From the NCBI RefSeq assembly GCF_009914755.1, contig NC_060936.1: a DNA stretch of 64,000 nt, one strand, 5' to 3'. Source of the stretch: the human T2T-CHM13v2.0 reference genome, Homo sapiens. The notes under the pieces are model-generated. The model was given only the letters and a program-made list of their open reading frames with translations. It was not told the origin of the DNA and did not search any database. Both the position numbers and the translations under genes were made by a program. This document shows positions 1 through 13,819 of the stretch, in pieces; position 1 is the first letter of the stretch, and each line of letters starts with the position of its first letter.

Positions 1-64
1 GATCCAGCAAACATTCTTCTTGAAGGCCCAAAGAACTTTGCTTCCTCCTCTTTATCATGAACTG

Positions 65-210
65 ATCAATAGATATTTTCCATGAGCCCTACTGAGTGCC
101 AGGCCAGGTTCTATGCTCTGGGGAAGCAGTAGTGAGTGAAACAGATTTGTCCTCTGTGCCTGGGAAGCTTATATTTTAGAAAACGGGAGGGAGACATTAC
201 AAAAATATTA
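65..210 (-). mobile_element. L2 3' fragment
   Basis: '…gagccctactgagtgccaggccaggttcta…gtgagtgaaacaga…agcttatattttag' resembles the antisense L2 3' end. Confidence 0.55.
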
Positions 211-1837
211 AAACATAATAATAGTTATAATTTCATGTGTGTTTAATGGGTTCCTCACTTCTATTCTCCCCTTTTCTTGGAAGGCTGAATATTGGCAAAC
301 TCACTATTTTTAATCTGAAGAGCTGACCTTGCAATGTGGTTTCCTGCCCATTCTATTATTAATAGAATCTTGAACCAAAGCAAGTAGAATCACGTGTGTG
401 AAAGGCCTGATCTCCTACTCAAAACCATCCAGGAATTAAACAGCATGGATGATATCTCAGTTCAAGTTCCTTGCGTGTGAGGGGGGATTGAAGAAGCTGC
501 CAACAGAGGGACCATCAGCTACTTGGGTCCTTCCTGTGATGTCCCTGAGAGCAGAGGCATGGTGGTGGTGTGGGGAGGTTAGGGGAGCTTTGTAGTTGCC
601 TCTGCCACTGGATGCAGACACCTCAGGCATGGTAGGATTCCTCTGAGCCTCAGGCTCTGCATCTGGAATAGAGGGTATTCATTCTCAGCTTCACAAAGCT
701 ACTATCTAAGCATCAAATCAGAGCAATTTGGAAACGGTGAAGGGCGGACCACATCTCAGTGACATGACTGTGTTTTGCTTTGAGTGGGGTAAAGGGAAAG
801 CAAGCTTTTAACAGGAAAAGTGGAATAAAATGCTCAGGAACACCTAAGGAACAAACCCACCCTGGAACACACAGTGGCTGTGAAATAATGAGGTTGCTTT
901 CTAGGCCGTGGCATGGAAAGCCTCCGGGATTTACTGTGGAATGAGAAAACTGAACAAGAGCAGCATGGTGTATACAGCGTACTCCATTCAGTGCAAGAAT
1001 GAAAAAGGAAAAGGTATAATAGTGTGCATTATTATTTTATTTTATTTAAAAAAAACAAGAAGAAAAATGAAAAAATACTACAGATAGAATTGGAAGGAAA
1101 TTGCTGGAAGTAGATAGGGTGAGGATAAACTTTTCAATGTATACTTTTTATGTTGTTTGATTTTGGACTAAGTTATTATGTTTCTTTTTTCAAAAAATAA
1201 AATAAGTTTTAAACATTGAGCAATGTTTTTCTTCTCTGGTATCCTTCCATCTTGAGCAGTTTCTGCAGTACTTCAGAAACAGAACATAGAGAGAATTTAA
1301 TTTCCTGGACTCTTTAGATCAGGAAACTTAACTTGACTTTCTTCCTATTGAGGATATCAAGATATTTGGGTATGTTAATCTACTGCCATCTTCAGAAGCT
1401 TTCCCTTCAAGGAGAAAATGCCTTTCAGCTTAAGCAACAAAATATTTGCTTAGGTGTATTATTAATATACCACTCTGGAAGCAAAGTTTTCTGAATAATT
1501 CAAAGATTGTTGAGCAGAGAAAACCTGTCATCCTGTAATCAGTGTTTTATCTTATATTTTCACCAGCCCTTGAAATTACTCTTCAGTGACGCTTACTGGC
1601 ACAATCTGCTACAAGAAACAGCTAGACGTTTTTGACTGTACAGCTTAGTTTTGGGCTTCTGTCCTCTGCAAGAAAAAGAAAACATCACTGAAACAAACAC
1701 TGGTGATCTGGAAAGAAGCCAAAGCATGATATAAATAACCTGCTTGAGGCTGATCAGGCCCCATAACCCTCAAATGCCACCTTCTTCTCAGTGGCCGATG
1801 AAGTCTCAAAAGGTCTTTAACGACACCATCAGTTAGT

Positions 1838-1945
1838 TCCTCTTCTGTCTCCTCCTCTTTCTCCTTTCTTCTCATTCCCCCTTCTTACTCTTTCCCTTCC
1901 TCCTCCTCCATCTTCATCATCTTCTTTTTCTTCTCCTTGTTCTTA
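1838..1945. repeat. TC-rich low-complexity tract
   Basis: Pyrimidine-dominated runs (tcctct/ttc). Confidence 0.8.
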
Positions 1946-2499
1946 CCCAAGACAAGGAAGAGGAAGAATGATTTTGGTGGAGAGGTAGCTGTTCTGTCAT
2001 AGGTATGATCATCTATCTATAATTTGAGTGCTTTTTTGTTTATTGTTTGTTTTTAAATGGGCCTCCTTTGCCAAATGTGCTGCCTTGCTTTGGCTTACAT
2101 TCCCTAGCACCCCGTGCATGTAGACATAGTCACATGAGACATGTTAACCGATAGAATTGGAGAAATATAAAAATAATTCATGTAATTCCTGCTGCCTCTG
2201 GACCAAAAGATTTTAAGAAGTAGTTTTGCCTCCTCCATGCTCTCTTTACCAGACCCAGACAACGATAAAGCCCAAGATGATGGCAGAGCCTGAGGATGGA
2301 AGGCTCTTGGGGCCTCTGGGGCTCTGCAGCCATTGAGGAGAGTTACCTCATACTCAGGAATGCCCACTGTGGACTACCAAGTAAGCTGGAAAAAACCTGT
2401 GCTATGTTTGATCTATAATACATCAGGAATATATTTGATTCAGTATTTTAGCATACTTGCAATAATACAATAGTAATTTCTAGAAATTTTCAATAATTT

Positions 2500-2725
2500 T
2501 TTAGTGCTTACTTTTTGCCAGGTATGATTTTAAGTGCTTCGCAGATATATTTCATTGAATTCTCTGGACAACTAGGAAGTATAATTCTCATCCTCAATTT
2601 GTAGGTGAGGAAACTGAGAAACAGAAGTTAAATAACAAGTCTGGAGTCATGCAGGTATAAGGGTCAGAGCCAGGAGTAACACCAGGCAGTCTGACTCCAG
2701 ACTCCACACCCTCACCCAATGTACT
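2500..2725 (-). mobile_element. MIR SINE
   Basis: Core 'gtaggtgaggaaactgag…gagccagga…ccaggcagtctgactccaga'. Confidence 0.8.
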
Positions 2726-3123
2726 GAGGTCTATGGACTTTGGTTGGCATCCACATATAGCTGAAAATGAATAACACAGGAAAGAACAATAGGGAAATTA
2801 GAATAAAAGTAACTACAGCTGTCGTCTAAAGGCCCGGTTTTGTGCTCAGTGCTTCTAAGTATTGCATTATTTTACTTAAACTTAATAACCATCCTATGAG
2901 ATAGACACGATTATTCTTCCCATTTTAATTTTTTCACATCAAAGTGCTAGTAAATATGCAAGTCAGATCCATCTGACCAAGCCCAGACCATTGTTAACTA
3001 TTGTGGATTATTCTTTCCTAGGGTCTGAGCCCCGGAGAGCCAGTTTTATCCCATTTATAAAGAGTTCTAAAGGTTCTGAGTCCCAGGAGCATCAGATCCA
3101 CAGTCTCCTCTCTGGTTTCTCAG

Positions 3124-3314
3124 CTTCTGTTGGAGGCCACTAAAATTCTCCAGCCCTTGTTGTAGCTCACTCCATGTTCCAGATCTCAATCTGCCAAAGG
3201 AGTCTCGGCGTCCAGATGGTGGCCTCATACTGAGAGGGAAGGTGCTGCAGGTGAAGGTCACCATGTGCCTCATTTCCTTCCCATTCATAAAATGGATTCA
3301 CAGTTGCTAGAAAC
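3124..3314 (-). pseudogene. Decayed TMEM132B-like exon (exon-6 equivalent)
   Basis: cctccccaaAG|GTTTCTAGCAAC…AACAGAAG|CTGAG. Repairing three 1-nt deletions gives VSSNCESI.MNGKEMR----HMVTFT.QHLPSQYEATIWTPRLLWQIEIWNME.SYNKGWRILVASNR. It also has a 12-nt deletion and donor GT>CT. Confidence 0.85.
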
Positions 3315-3602
3315 CTTTGGGGAGGAGGTAGAACCTTGAGATACATCAACAGGAAAAGCACCAGCAAAAATTGAAAATAGTGAAAGTTCATGAGACACAA
3401 TAGTTCTGATTTATAAGACACCAAGACAACCAGAAGAACAGGACTTGTACAAAAGGTAATTTGTAGGCACTGATTAGTGACAAATACTAAAAAGTATTTG
3501 TCTTACCAAGAAAACTATTTGGTATTACAAAATACTGACAAGTAAAACCATACATATAATTTCATAAAGTAACATAAGCTTTGTTGCCACATATGTGTTT
3601 GC

Positions 3603-3627
3603 GTGTGTGTGTGTGTGTGTGTGTGTG
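3603..3627. repeat. (GT)n microsatellite
   Basis: Direct observation. Confidence 0.95.
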
Positions 3628-4134
3628 TTCTTTAACAGGTCTGCTCAACCTACTGTTAATCAAACAAAAATTCTTGTACCATATTGGAAAATATATAAAA
3701 GGTGGCCATGTGTTACCAAAAAATCACTTTATTCAACCCATAAAGGGGATCACTTTTTTGTTAATCATGAGAGCTTTGCACTAGATTAAAATCTTGATAA
3801 GAAAATATTCACAAAATGCACTGGAAATATCAATGTTTTGCCCCCATTAAACTGTAATCTTGTGGAAAAGAAGTGAGACTGTGGTATTTCATTACATTCT
3901 CTTTATTCGGGACTTAGGATTAGCCTCTTTAACGTGCGTAAGTAGGCAGGTTAAGTATTAGACAATTTAAGCCTCCATTTCACTTCACATCTTCCAGATA
4001 AGCTATTAAAATATTGCTGAATTTCTCTCCTGGACCATCAGGAAAATGCATTTATGTGTGTAGAAGGAAAGAGGAAGGAGGATGCAAAATAAGCCATCAA
4101 TTCACCACAGATTCATAAAACTGTAAGGGGCCCG

Positions 4135-4270
4135 CAATGTCATTTTACAGATGAAGAAACTGAAGCCAGCGAGGTGGCATAGCTGGCTCAAGATCACACA
4201 CATCGTTGACGGGTGCAACGTCAGACTGGTTGCTGGCTGAGTTCTCCATCTCAGCAAGTGGTGCCGCCAT
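4135..4270 (-). mobile_element. MIR SINE
   Basis: 'cattttacagatgaagaaactgaag…gctcaagatcacaca'. Confidence 0.75.
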
Positions 4271-4319
4271 GCAGCCTCTTTAGCAAGCTGCAAACTGGGA
4301 CTGTTCTTGATGTTTCTCT

Positions 4320-5100
4320 TCCTCACCCAAGTGTCTATTTACAGCTCAGACCTCCCTTCTGAGCTCCAGATGCATGTGCCTCTTGACATCATCAGATGAA
4401 AGGCTCAATAGTTTCTTAGCGGCCAAACATACAAAATCAAACTCACGATCTCCTATTTCCCCCACAGCACAGTCTTCCATCTCAATAACTAACATTGCCT
4501 TTTATCCAGCAGAACAAATTGAACATCACGATGTCTTCTTTAATTCCACCCATGTTCTTCACCACCGACATGCAACACTTCAAGTTCTCTTGGTTTTACT
4601 CCTAGGTGTCTTTTGTGCCTACGAATTTCTCTTCGCTGCTATTATACTAGCCCAGACCTCCATCACTTCCCACCTGGACATTTGCCACAACTTCAAAACT
4701 GCTCTCTTCACATCCCCTCTTCCCACACTGCCCTACTCTTCCTTGAGAGATTGTGTATGCAAATATGATCTAATCGTCTCCTGCTTACAGCCCTTTGATG
4801 GTTTCCCTTGGCTTTCAGGATCTCTGACTCAGTCTCCGTTATTAGCCCTATCTATTTCCAAATCTCCTCTCCCACCTTCTTTTGGTCACTCAATGATCCA
4901 GCCCCACGGAGGTACTTTTAGTATCTCCAGGGGCTGTGCCATAACTATTAACCTCAGGGCCTCTGGCCATGTGATTCCCTCTTCCTGGAACAGACACTTC
5001 CATGACTGCCTTGGTTGTTTTATTCGCTCAGCATTTATTCTTTCTGCCTATCTAAGCGCGAGTCACTTCCTCGGAGAAGCTTCCCAAATCTGCCTGGACT
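4320..5100 (+). mobile_element. L2 LINE fragment (source of the 254-aa ORF)
   Basis: 'cagctcagacctcccttctgagctccaga…ttccatctca…ctcagggcct…gtgattccctcttcctggaac' are typical L2 motifs. Confidence 0.75.
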
Positions 5101-5675
5101 TGATGTGCTCTTTGCATGTGGTATGCAGACCTCCATGAAAATAGCCGGGCTTGCTACAAACAAGAAGGCTGCAATGGATGCATTAGGAAGTTCTTCACCT
5201 TCTCCATTGTTCTGGTGGTTGTCCCCTACTACAAGGACTTCCTGATCCTATCTCCTGTAGAGAAGACCTCTACATTCCTGCATTTGTGGAAAATTTTGAT
5301 TTGACCATAAATACTCCCTCTCGCTCCCCGCCCTCACCACCAATTTTACTTCAAATCATTTTGAATCACATCCGATTGTCAGGAACATATCGACTTTAGA
5401 AATCTTGAGGCCCTTTCTGTACATAAGAAATGAAATCACATTGCAGTGACCCTCGGCATTCTTTCAGAGCACATGCAGACTTAAATTTGCCTCAGCTTTC
5501 AGGAATTGAGAGATAGCCCACATGGAAAAATAAGTGAAAAATGAAACTAAGTGAGAGGCTTTGGCAATTCTGCGTGACTATTATTTGAGTTATTTCTTAT
5601 GGGATATGCATTATCTTAAAAAAAAAAAAAGTGTTTCTTAGTAGTCATGTGACCACACACCAGCCCCCTGCCCAA

Positions 5676-5677
<2 letters not shown>

Positions 5678-5707
<30 letters not shown>
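5678..5707. repeat. (CA)n microsatellite
   Basis: Direct observation. Confidence 0.95.
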
Positions 5708-5711
<4 letters not shown>

Positions 5712-5739
5712 CACACTCTCTTTTAATAGTAATAAGGTT

Positions 5740-6196
5740 TTCTTCAGATAACCCTCCATTCACCATGTGCCCCTCTAACTCAGTAATTAAACCCCCATCC
5801 TCCTTGCCAGTGATTGATTTAGGGGAAAGCATGTGCTATTACTCTGGCCAATGAGCTGTGAGAAGTCCACGGCAGGGCTTCTGGGAAAGGCCTACTTGGT
5901 CAAAGAGACTCATGGGAAGTGGTGCCTCCTCCTCCTACAGGATGTTGTCGCATAGGAAATGACGACAGGAACTGCCCCAGAGATCCCAGAGCCCTGAGGG
6001 AGCCCAAAATGGGCCAGGCTGACCCTGCGAGTTCAGATGGACAGAAAGACAGAGGAACTCGGGACTTGATGACCTAGAGGGGCTGCTGGACCAGCTGCCT
6101 GGAACCTCCCCACTATGAGATGCCCTTCTTGTTGGTAAAGCCATCTGGATCTATGTGGTTTTGTTACTTGCCACCAAAAGGATTATAAATGATACA
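5740..6196 (+). mobile_element. Old ERVL solo LTR (LTR16-like)
   Basis: 'tgccagtgattg…ctggccaatgag…ggcttctgggaaagg…ttttgttacttgc…tgataca'. Confidence 0.6.
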
Positions 6197-7648
6197 GGAC
6201 CTCATCTCAAATGCCACTCCTCAGTATACATTCCTTGAGCCATTTCTAATTTAAACTTGGCACCCTCCTCTGGTTACTCTTTGTCTCCATTACACTATTT
6301 TCCTGTATCTAATTTGCTGTGTGTGCTACTGTGCACACTTATATTTACAACATTGATGCATTACTTAGACTCTTCATATTGCTTATATCATGTCACTTAC
6401 ACTGTATTAATCACACCAGATTGCTCTGTTATATGATGAACTCCTTCACAGTAATTACCACTCTCGGAACCCTCCTGGTTGTTTCTTATCTCTCTTCCCC
6501 ACCTGAAGGTAATCTGCTTGAGACCATGACCTGTCTCCTCTTCCCTACTATCTCTGCTAATAGGACAGTGCTGGGCACACAGAAGGTGTTCAATAAGTAG
6601 ATGCTGAGTGTGTGAATGAATATGTCACAGCTGTTTCCTCTGGGACCCAATCATTTCTGTACACCACCACCAGTAGTGTGTGTATACGTAAGAAGGCAAA
6701 GAAGGTGACTCACACAAGGCTATCATGGTAATGGCATTAAGAAAAATGAAAGTGATTTTATATATTATGAGAGAAGACACAGACCAGGAGAAGAAACTTA
6801 AGAACCAAAGGCAAAAGAAGTCTGGGGTCTAAAATCTGGTAAATATGAGATCTTGGATTCCCAGTGGTGATTTGACCTCTGTACACGATGTCACAGAGTG
6901 AGGGTGTGTGTGTGTGTTGGATGGGGGTGAGGTATGGGAGGGGATAGAAAGACACACCAGGGTAAAGATTACAATCAAACAGCCATTCTGATACCTTCTA
7001 CGCTCTCTTGAGCTGTAAGAGAAAATAGGAGAATCAACTGCTGCAAATTCTGTTATGAGAAGAGTTAAGGAAAACATGAACTTGGAAATGGAAAACAGAC
7101 ATTTTATGCCATTTTAATTTTTAACGTTTGCAAGATGGCCTATAAATATCATTTATGAAAAGTTGTCTTTAGAGCATAATATTTTCACTACCAAACTAAC
7201 ACTTTTGCCAAACATTACTCTTGGGTAATTGAGTGGGGAGAAAAAGATTCTTAGAATGAAAATGGGTTTCCTCTGAGGATCCCATAAGAAACATCCCTTG
7301 CTTTGTTTTCTGTTTAGGAGAGAAGAAAAAATTGAATCTGTCTGTATAGCACCCACTGAGTTTCTCACTGTATTGATCAATCTGTCTGCATGGATGGAAA
7401 CCTAACCATGCATTAAATTTCAATCCCATCACCCTGCCTTTGACCTAAGAAATGTGCTACTAAGGTAGAAGAGAGAAAAGCTACAGAATCAGATGGTGTG
7501 TCTCTTACAAATATACTAAAAAAGCAGACTTTCTAATTTAGGAAAAGGGAAAAAAGTATCTATGTGGCCTAAAAAGTTGATAATTAGTTGGTCATCAGGA
7601 TCAAATATTTATCACTAATTACAGAGTTTAGCAAAGTCCTAGTGGTAG

Positions 7649-8179
7649 TGAAGCAGGAGCCTAGGAGAGCCACAGTGACACCATTTTAAAATCACCTCCA
7701 CCTTGAGTCCAACAGGACGCACTCCTTGCCAGTCAAGACCCATGGTCATAAGATATTTATAGTTGAGGAAACAGCCTGAAGATACCTATGAGGACACACT
7801 CCTACAACAATGGAGAATCCAGATGTCCCAATACCCATAAGAATGTATACTTTCAAGATAATTATAGTTATGCTTTGATGTACTCACACACTAAAATGTC
7901 AAGGATAGTTTTCTTTAAATCAATAAGATAATAATTTTTGTCAGTCTATCTGATCACCCTCACATAATCAGAACTTAGCTTAGTCTTTACATAGAGAAGA
8001 TCCCTACATAAGAAAAACTTAAAGACAGGCCATCCCTCTGCTTGCTTTCAGGGGATGCCTTACTCTGTAATTAAGTAGCTTTCAATACTGCACTCTGTGA
8101 CTCACCTTGAATTCTTTTCTGCACAAGATCCCAGAACCCTTTCTTTGGGTCTGGATCAAGACCTCTTTTTTCAGTAACT
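7649..8179 (+). mobile_element. ERV solo LTR (MER72/LTR47-like)
   Basis: TG start 'tgaagcaggagcctaggagagcc…gacaccattttaaaatc', U5 '…gggtctggatcaagacc…cagtaac'; near-TSD gtag/ctag. Confidence 0.7.
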
Positions 8180-8254
8180 CTAGCATTGTGTCATGTGCAG
8201 AGGTACTCAAAATTATTCTTTTTTTTTTCCTGAGTTTTTACACTTTCTAGAAAT

Positions 8255-8535
8255 ATGATAACAATCATTATTACAATAATAGCTATCATGTATTATATAC
8301 TTACTATGTACCATGTATTGTTTATTAAACTTTGCATAGAGTTATACCCATTAAATCCTGCAAACACTGTGAATGTTAATTGCTCTGTCTCTGTATTACG
8401 GATGGGGAGACCAAGGCCTTGGGGAAGACACTTGTCCAGAGATCAGAGCTGCTCAAGGGCAGAGCAGTGATTTGTACACAGGTCTTCTGTGCCAGAGGGT
8501 TTCTCAGCACCCTGTGTTATAACCTTAGAGCAGCC
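8255..8535 (-). mobile_element. MIR SINE
   Basis: 'acttactatgtacca…ttaaatcctgcaaacac…gatggggagaccaaggc…acttgtccaga'. Confidence 0.7.
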
Positions 8536-9144
8536 CACTCAAGGAAAAGACATGACCATGCCTGTAGAGGATGAGAGGCTGACCATGAAAGGGCATGACT
8601 TAAATGCACACATCGAGGCTTTTGATCAACCTCATTTACGTATAATTGATGTTCCATAAACTGCATCCAGCTAAATCGTACAATTTCATGATTTTGACAA
8701 TGTCCACCGCAGAAACCACCACACCCTTAGACAGAACATTCCTGTCACCCCCAAAAGATGCCATGCCTGTTTTCAGTACATAGCTCTCTCTAACTCTGGT
8801 CCCAGGTAACCTTGATGTGCTTTCTGCCATTAAACACTAGGCATGGATTAGTTAGGGATGAGTTTGACAATCAGTCCTCAAGTCTAGGGAGATGGAACTG
8901 GAAGTGGCAGAAACCTGAGTCCTTATCTCAACCCATCCCCTCCGCAGGTGTGAATAAGTCAGTCTCCAATGTCTGGGACTCATATTCCACATCTGTGAAC
9001 CTGAGGGTACCCATATTTTCCAGCTCTCACATTGTTCTTCCTTTCATTTAGAGGATTTAGAGACCAAGCCCAGAGTCCAATACATTTTGAGATAATTTAA
9101 GCTTTCTCTGCCTCAGAGACCTTTTCTATAAACTAAGAATAAAT

Positions 9145-9390
9145 CATTCATTCATTAAATAAGTATTTACTTAATGTCAGCTCAGACCCAAGAAGTGTTC
9201 TAGGCCCTGGAAATAGGGCAATGAACAACATAATCCCTGTCCTTATGAAGCTGATGATCTAAAGGTGGAGACAGACAAACTAAACACACATATAGATATG
9301 AAATATAATGTCAGGCAGTGAGATGGGTCAGAAAGAAAAAAATAGAGGAAGGAAAGGGAATATACAATGACAGAGGTTGCTGTTGTATTA
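9145..9390 (-). mobile_element. L2 3' fragment
   Basis: 'tcattcattcattaaataagtatttac…gttctaggccctgg…ccctgtccttatgaagctga'. Confidence 0.7.
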
Positions 9391-12300
9391 GCATCCATGG
9401 CTCAGCTAACACTTCCCAAGTGTAGGGCTTTTCTCGGGTTCTCAATGGATTCCTTACTTTCTTCTTGAAAAGATGAGGTAATTAAACCCATCATTACCAC
9501 CATTCACTTGTCTGCCCACTATAATAGTCATAGTTTCTAATATATGTATCTGTGAATTATGTATATGTGAATTAATATTTTATTTAGTTATATATACTAT
9601 ATATTACATATATTTACCATACATGATATATATCATATATGAATTAATATATTTAATTATATATGAATTTATATACATATATCCATATATTCATCTCACA
9701 TATGTGCATGAATTTGGGCTCAAAGCATACAGTTGAATTTTCAGGAGTTAAATTCTGGGTGCACAGCCCCAGTCCATGTGCACCCCAGGATGACAGTGAA
9801 CACGACTGCACATGTGACTGTTCGAATACAGCAGCACAGTCTGGGGTAGTGTCCATGGTAAAAGTTGTTTACATATCCTTTAGAGTACTATAAATAATAC
9901 ATGTGCAAAGTCAAATAATTATCACAGAGAGTAAAAGGTGAATAAGTCCATGGACCCTGGGGCTTGAGGAACCTTGAGCCGTTTTTGTATCTTCATACGC
10001 TAAGACTGATTCATTAACACTTCTCTGCCCTTTCTGGACTGTAATGCATGTCCTTGGAAGACAAGATTGTTGCCTTATCTGACTTTCTGAAGTCCAGGGT
10101 CATGGATGGGGCCTGGAACATTGTAGACATGCAAGAATGGTTCAGAGTAAATGAGATGAAGTAGGTTGTCCAGGATCATACAGCTGGCAACTGGCAGGCC
10201 CCGTGAGCCCCTCCCTTCCCTCACCAGCACTGGAAGTCACTCTCAGCCCCTACTTCCAAAAGACCTCCCTAGCCCAGCCTTTTGAGGTGTGATTGTGATG
10301 CTTTGCACTTGGCTGTATTTCTTTTTATCAATTCTTATTCACATATGTTGATCTGGCCTCTGTGGTTGGACCATGGCTTGGATGTGCCATTTCTTCATCT
10401 CTCCATGGTGGTTTGGCCAGCACTCATCCTATAACTGACGAAACGTCCAGGCCTCCCAGCAAGTGTGGACCTCAGGGGCAGGGTGGGCAGAACGGGGACC
10501 ACTGCACAGCTTCCCTTCCCATCTCATTCAACACACACCTCCATCATAGAATCTTAACGTCCTGGTGCTGAATGAGACCTCAGAGATCTGATCTGTGCCC
10601 ACTTTGAAGAGACGTAGCCCCGAAAGGACAAGTCACCATTTTAAAGGGCACAGAGTTTACAGAGCCTGAGGCTAAATCTCCAGGCCCGGCTCAGGGCCAG
10701 TGATGTTCTGTGGTGGGATCTGGGCAGGACTCTGGGGACACAGAGGGAATCAGAGAGCTTATGCCCTGGAGGAGGCCCAACTGAGTGAAGGACACAGAAT
10801 TGTGCAAAATGCTGTAAAATACAGTGATTGGTAGGAGAGTACAGTTTTCACAGTGCTTACAAGATATCAGGCCTCAGTGGCTGTGTTCTGTCCACCTGAA
10901 CTACAAGAAGAGTCTGCTGCTCACCTTAATTTGAGTTTCCCAGGACATCTCCTTTCTAACAGGACACAATTAGATTGCACAAGTACAGAGCACAATCTCT
11001 CAAATCTGCTTGCTGGGCCTCCTATATGAAGAAAACAAAAATTCTGATTATTTTTCCCTTTGAGAAGAAGCCTTGTCCAAATCACATGAAACAAGGTTTG
11101 ATTCCACCTTTATAAACAAGTGCTATGAAAATTTTTCTCCCTATCAATTGTACACCTGCAACTTAGGCCCAAGATTATTACACAGTACAGCATCTATTAG
11201 ATGCTTATTTATGAGCTGTTTTCATTTTAGCACTTTATCTCATGACGTTGGGAGATTTAAAAAGTGCCACCAACACTTGTTAGATTAGGAAAAGATCCAG
11301 GCATTTCATACGCATCAAAAGGTGCCGCAGAAGGGATTGGGGGTTGTTTATCTGGTAAAAGCCCAGCATATGGTGCAGCCCAGCTCCCTGCTCCAGCTCT
11401 AGCTGCACTCTCTGAACCTGCCGTTAATTAGGTGCCATTGGTACAGGTGCTGGAGTCACAAGTTTAGCTGCTCAGGATTTGCACATAAATTAGTCAAAGA
11501 AAAGATAAACACTTTGGCAGGATAAGCATATTCTCAGGGTAGAAAGCAGGGTGTGTGTTTTCCAAACTTGTTTTAAAACTACTTATGAAAATTTATTTTA
11601 GAAAAGAAACTTTTATAAAAAGAATGCTGTGAATTGTGAAATCAAAGTGTAAAAATCAGCAGCTGAGTTTTTGTCTTTGAGACGAGAAAAGGGGAAAAGC
11701 AAATACAAAGACTTCCCTATCACTTGCTCCAGAATCATAACAGAAAAGAGTTCTCTTTGTTTTCCTCCAGTATATCAGACTTCCTCATACATACCTTTGC
11801 CTCATTGACATCATGTTTCAATCCTTATTAAAAACTTCTGCTGGCTGTGAGAAGGTCTACTAGAAATAGGAAATAAGTTCATCTCACTGGCCAAGGCAAG
11901 TCAATTTATAGTTGTGGCTCAAAGGAGCTCTGCTTGGGAGAGAATCTAGGGTTTAGCAGGAAGGAGTGCTGGTATTGATTAGTGATGTCTGCCATGGGCA
12001 CATGCTAGGATTGAGAGCCACGTATGTCTTATCTCTGCTGCTCTGACTCATTAACAAGTCCCAATTCCACAAAGCAGTTCTTCTTTATGGTAAAGAGAAT
12101 TGATGTTCCCTGCCCACCATCAAAGCTGCATGGCAGGAGTTTAAAGTGTGAACCAAGCCCCAAAACATCAATGAGAGTCACCTTCTCTCCTAATATACAC
12201 AAAACAAATATGGCTCTGAGAAACACAAGACTCTAGGGCCTTGAGGAAAGAGCAGATGAAAGGCTTCCAGGGGAGGAGGGAAGGAAGCACATGGCCATGT

Positions 12301-13819
12301 TTACTGGGCAGGTGGAGCTGGGAGGCATGCAGGTTTACACTGGCTCATTCCAAGGTTTCCCTGAATTATGCAGAAACAATTCCAGATTGTTAGTTCTTAA
12401 TTAGAGATGCCAAAGACAGAAATTAACAAACAATCTAATTAATATTGGAATCATAGTGAAGCTGACAGGAACAAAAGGTTGAGAATGCAGCAATATTTTT
12501 TCCTGGCCAACAGGAAAAACATGGCACATATCTAATTAGAATGGAACAATAAAATTCCAAATTACCAGCATAAAGGACAAAATTAAGCAATAACATCCAA
12601 ACTGCCTGACAACTTATTCTTAGCTGTCTGGCTCCTAGTGATGAGCAAAGGAAAGAAATCTATGCACAGAAATAGAATGACAGTGTTTTTTTGTAGGAAT
12701 TTTTGCCAATCATTGCTAAAGGAAAAAGAAGAAATAGCCTGAAACTTCTTTCGAGTTTTTCTATATGTTCTTCCAAATAAAATTCAAATCAGTCAGAGGG
12801 TTTCTTTGGAAGCCCATAGAAGACAAGGACCTTTTCCAGATAAGCCAGTGCAAAGAGTCTGTTCTGAACCCATTTCTTTCTCTTCATCAATACCTGTGGA
12901 TTCCTCAGAAACACTCTCAATTCCACCCTTGCCTGTGGCTGAGCCTCTAGCTTCTATTTTGTTTACCTGATCCTACAGTGCACAACTTTTGGGGTAGATC
13001 AGACTGACAGTCCCCAGGCAGAATGTATTCATAGGCCCTTTCCAACTAAAAAGGTAACCAGTTCTCTATACATTGCCAAACACACAATGTTATTCAATTG
13101 AATGAGATTTTCAAGTCAAAAATCTTGCATAAAATCTACATTTCCAGAAACATCTGTTTTTAAATGAGATAGCAGTAAGAAGGAACTTTTTGTCCATTTT
13201 TAGGTACTGTGAATTTGGACATGTAATAGACTAATGTTTATTATTCAAAATATACTGAGTACACACACTTAAAATCCTTTCTGTGCTTCAGTTTCCTGAG
13301 CTGAAAAATGGGATAATACATCTACTTCATGGAAGGCTGTACAGATTGAATGTTGTAATGTATTTTTACAAAGTAGAACAAGTTCTGGCACAGTACCACT
13401 GGGTGTTGTAATGACGGTGTTGTCCTTGTTGCTATTACTGTATTTGAATAGACCATGGGGATAGAAATATTTACAAGGCATGGCACCTACCTCCAAGGGG
13501 CACATGCATCAACATGCACAAAGACATACAAAGTGCTGAGTCCCTAATGTGTCTGTACAGGACAATGGAAACACAGAGGTGAGATTCCTTGGCAGGGAGA
13601 GCAACAGGAAGGTGGCTGCACAGAACAGGGAGCACTTTAGCCAAGTCTCAGGGTGACTGGGAGGTATCCAGGTGAAGGAGTGGGAACAGGAGTCCCAGTG
13701 CAGGGAATAGCATGAGCATGGGAAAACCATGAACAAAACCTCATCTTATTTTGAGACCTAAGTAGGTCCTAGTGTTTTGACAGTACAGGGAGCATCTCAT
13801 GGAAGATGAAAATTTTCCT

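Noticed and set aside
3479-3502. 10-bp perfect hairpins (also 15139-15161)
   Set aside because: A few such AT-rich stems are expected by chance in 64 kb.
4374-5138. 254-aa ORF
   Set aside because: Lies within a decayed L2; no recognisable cellular protein or splice structure.
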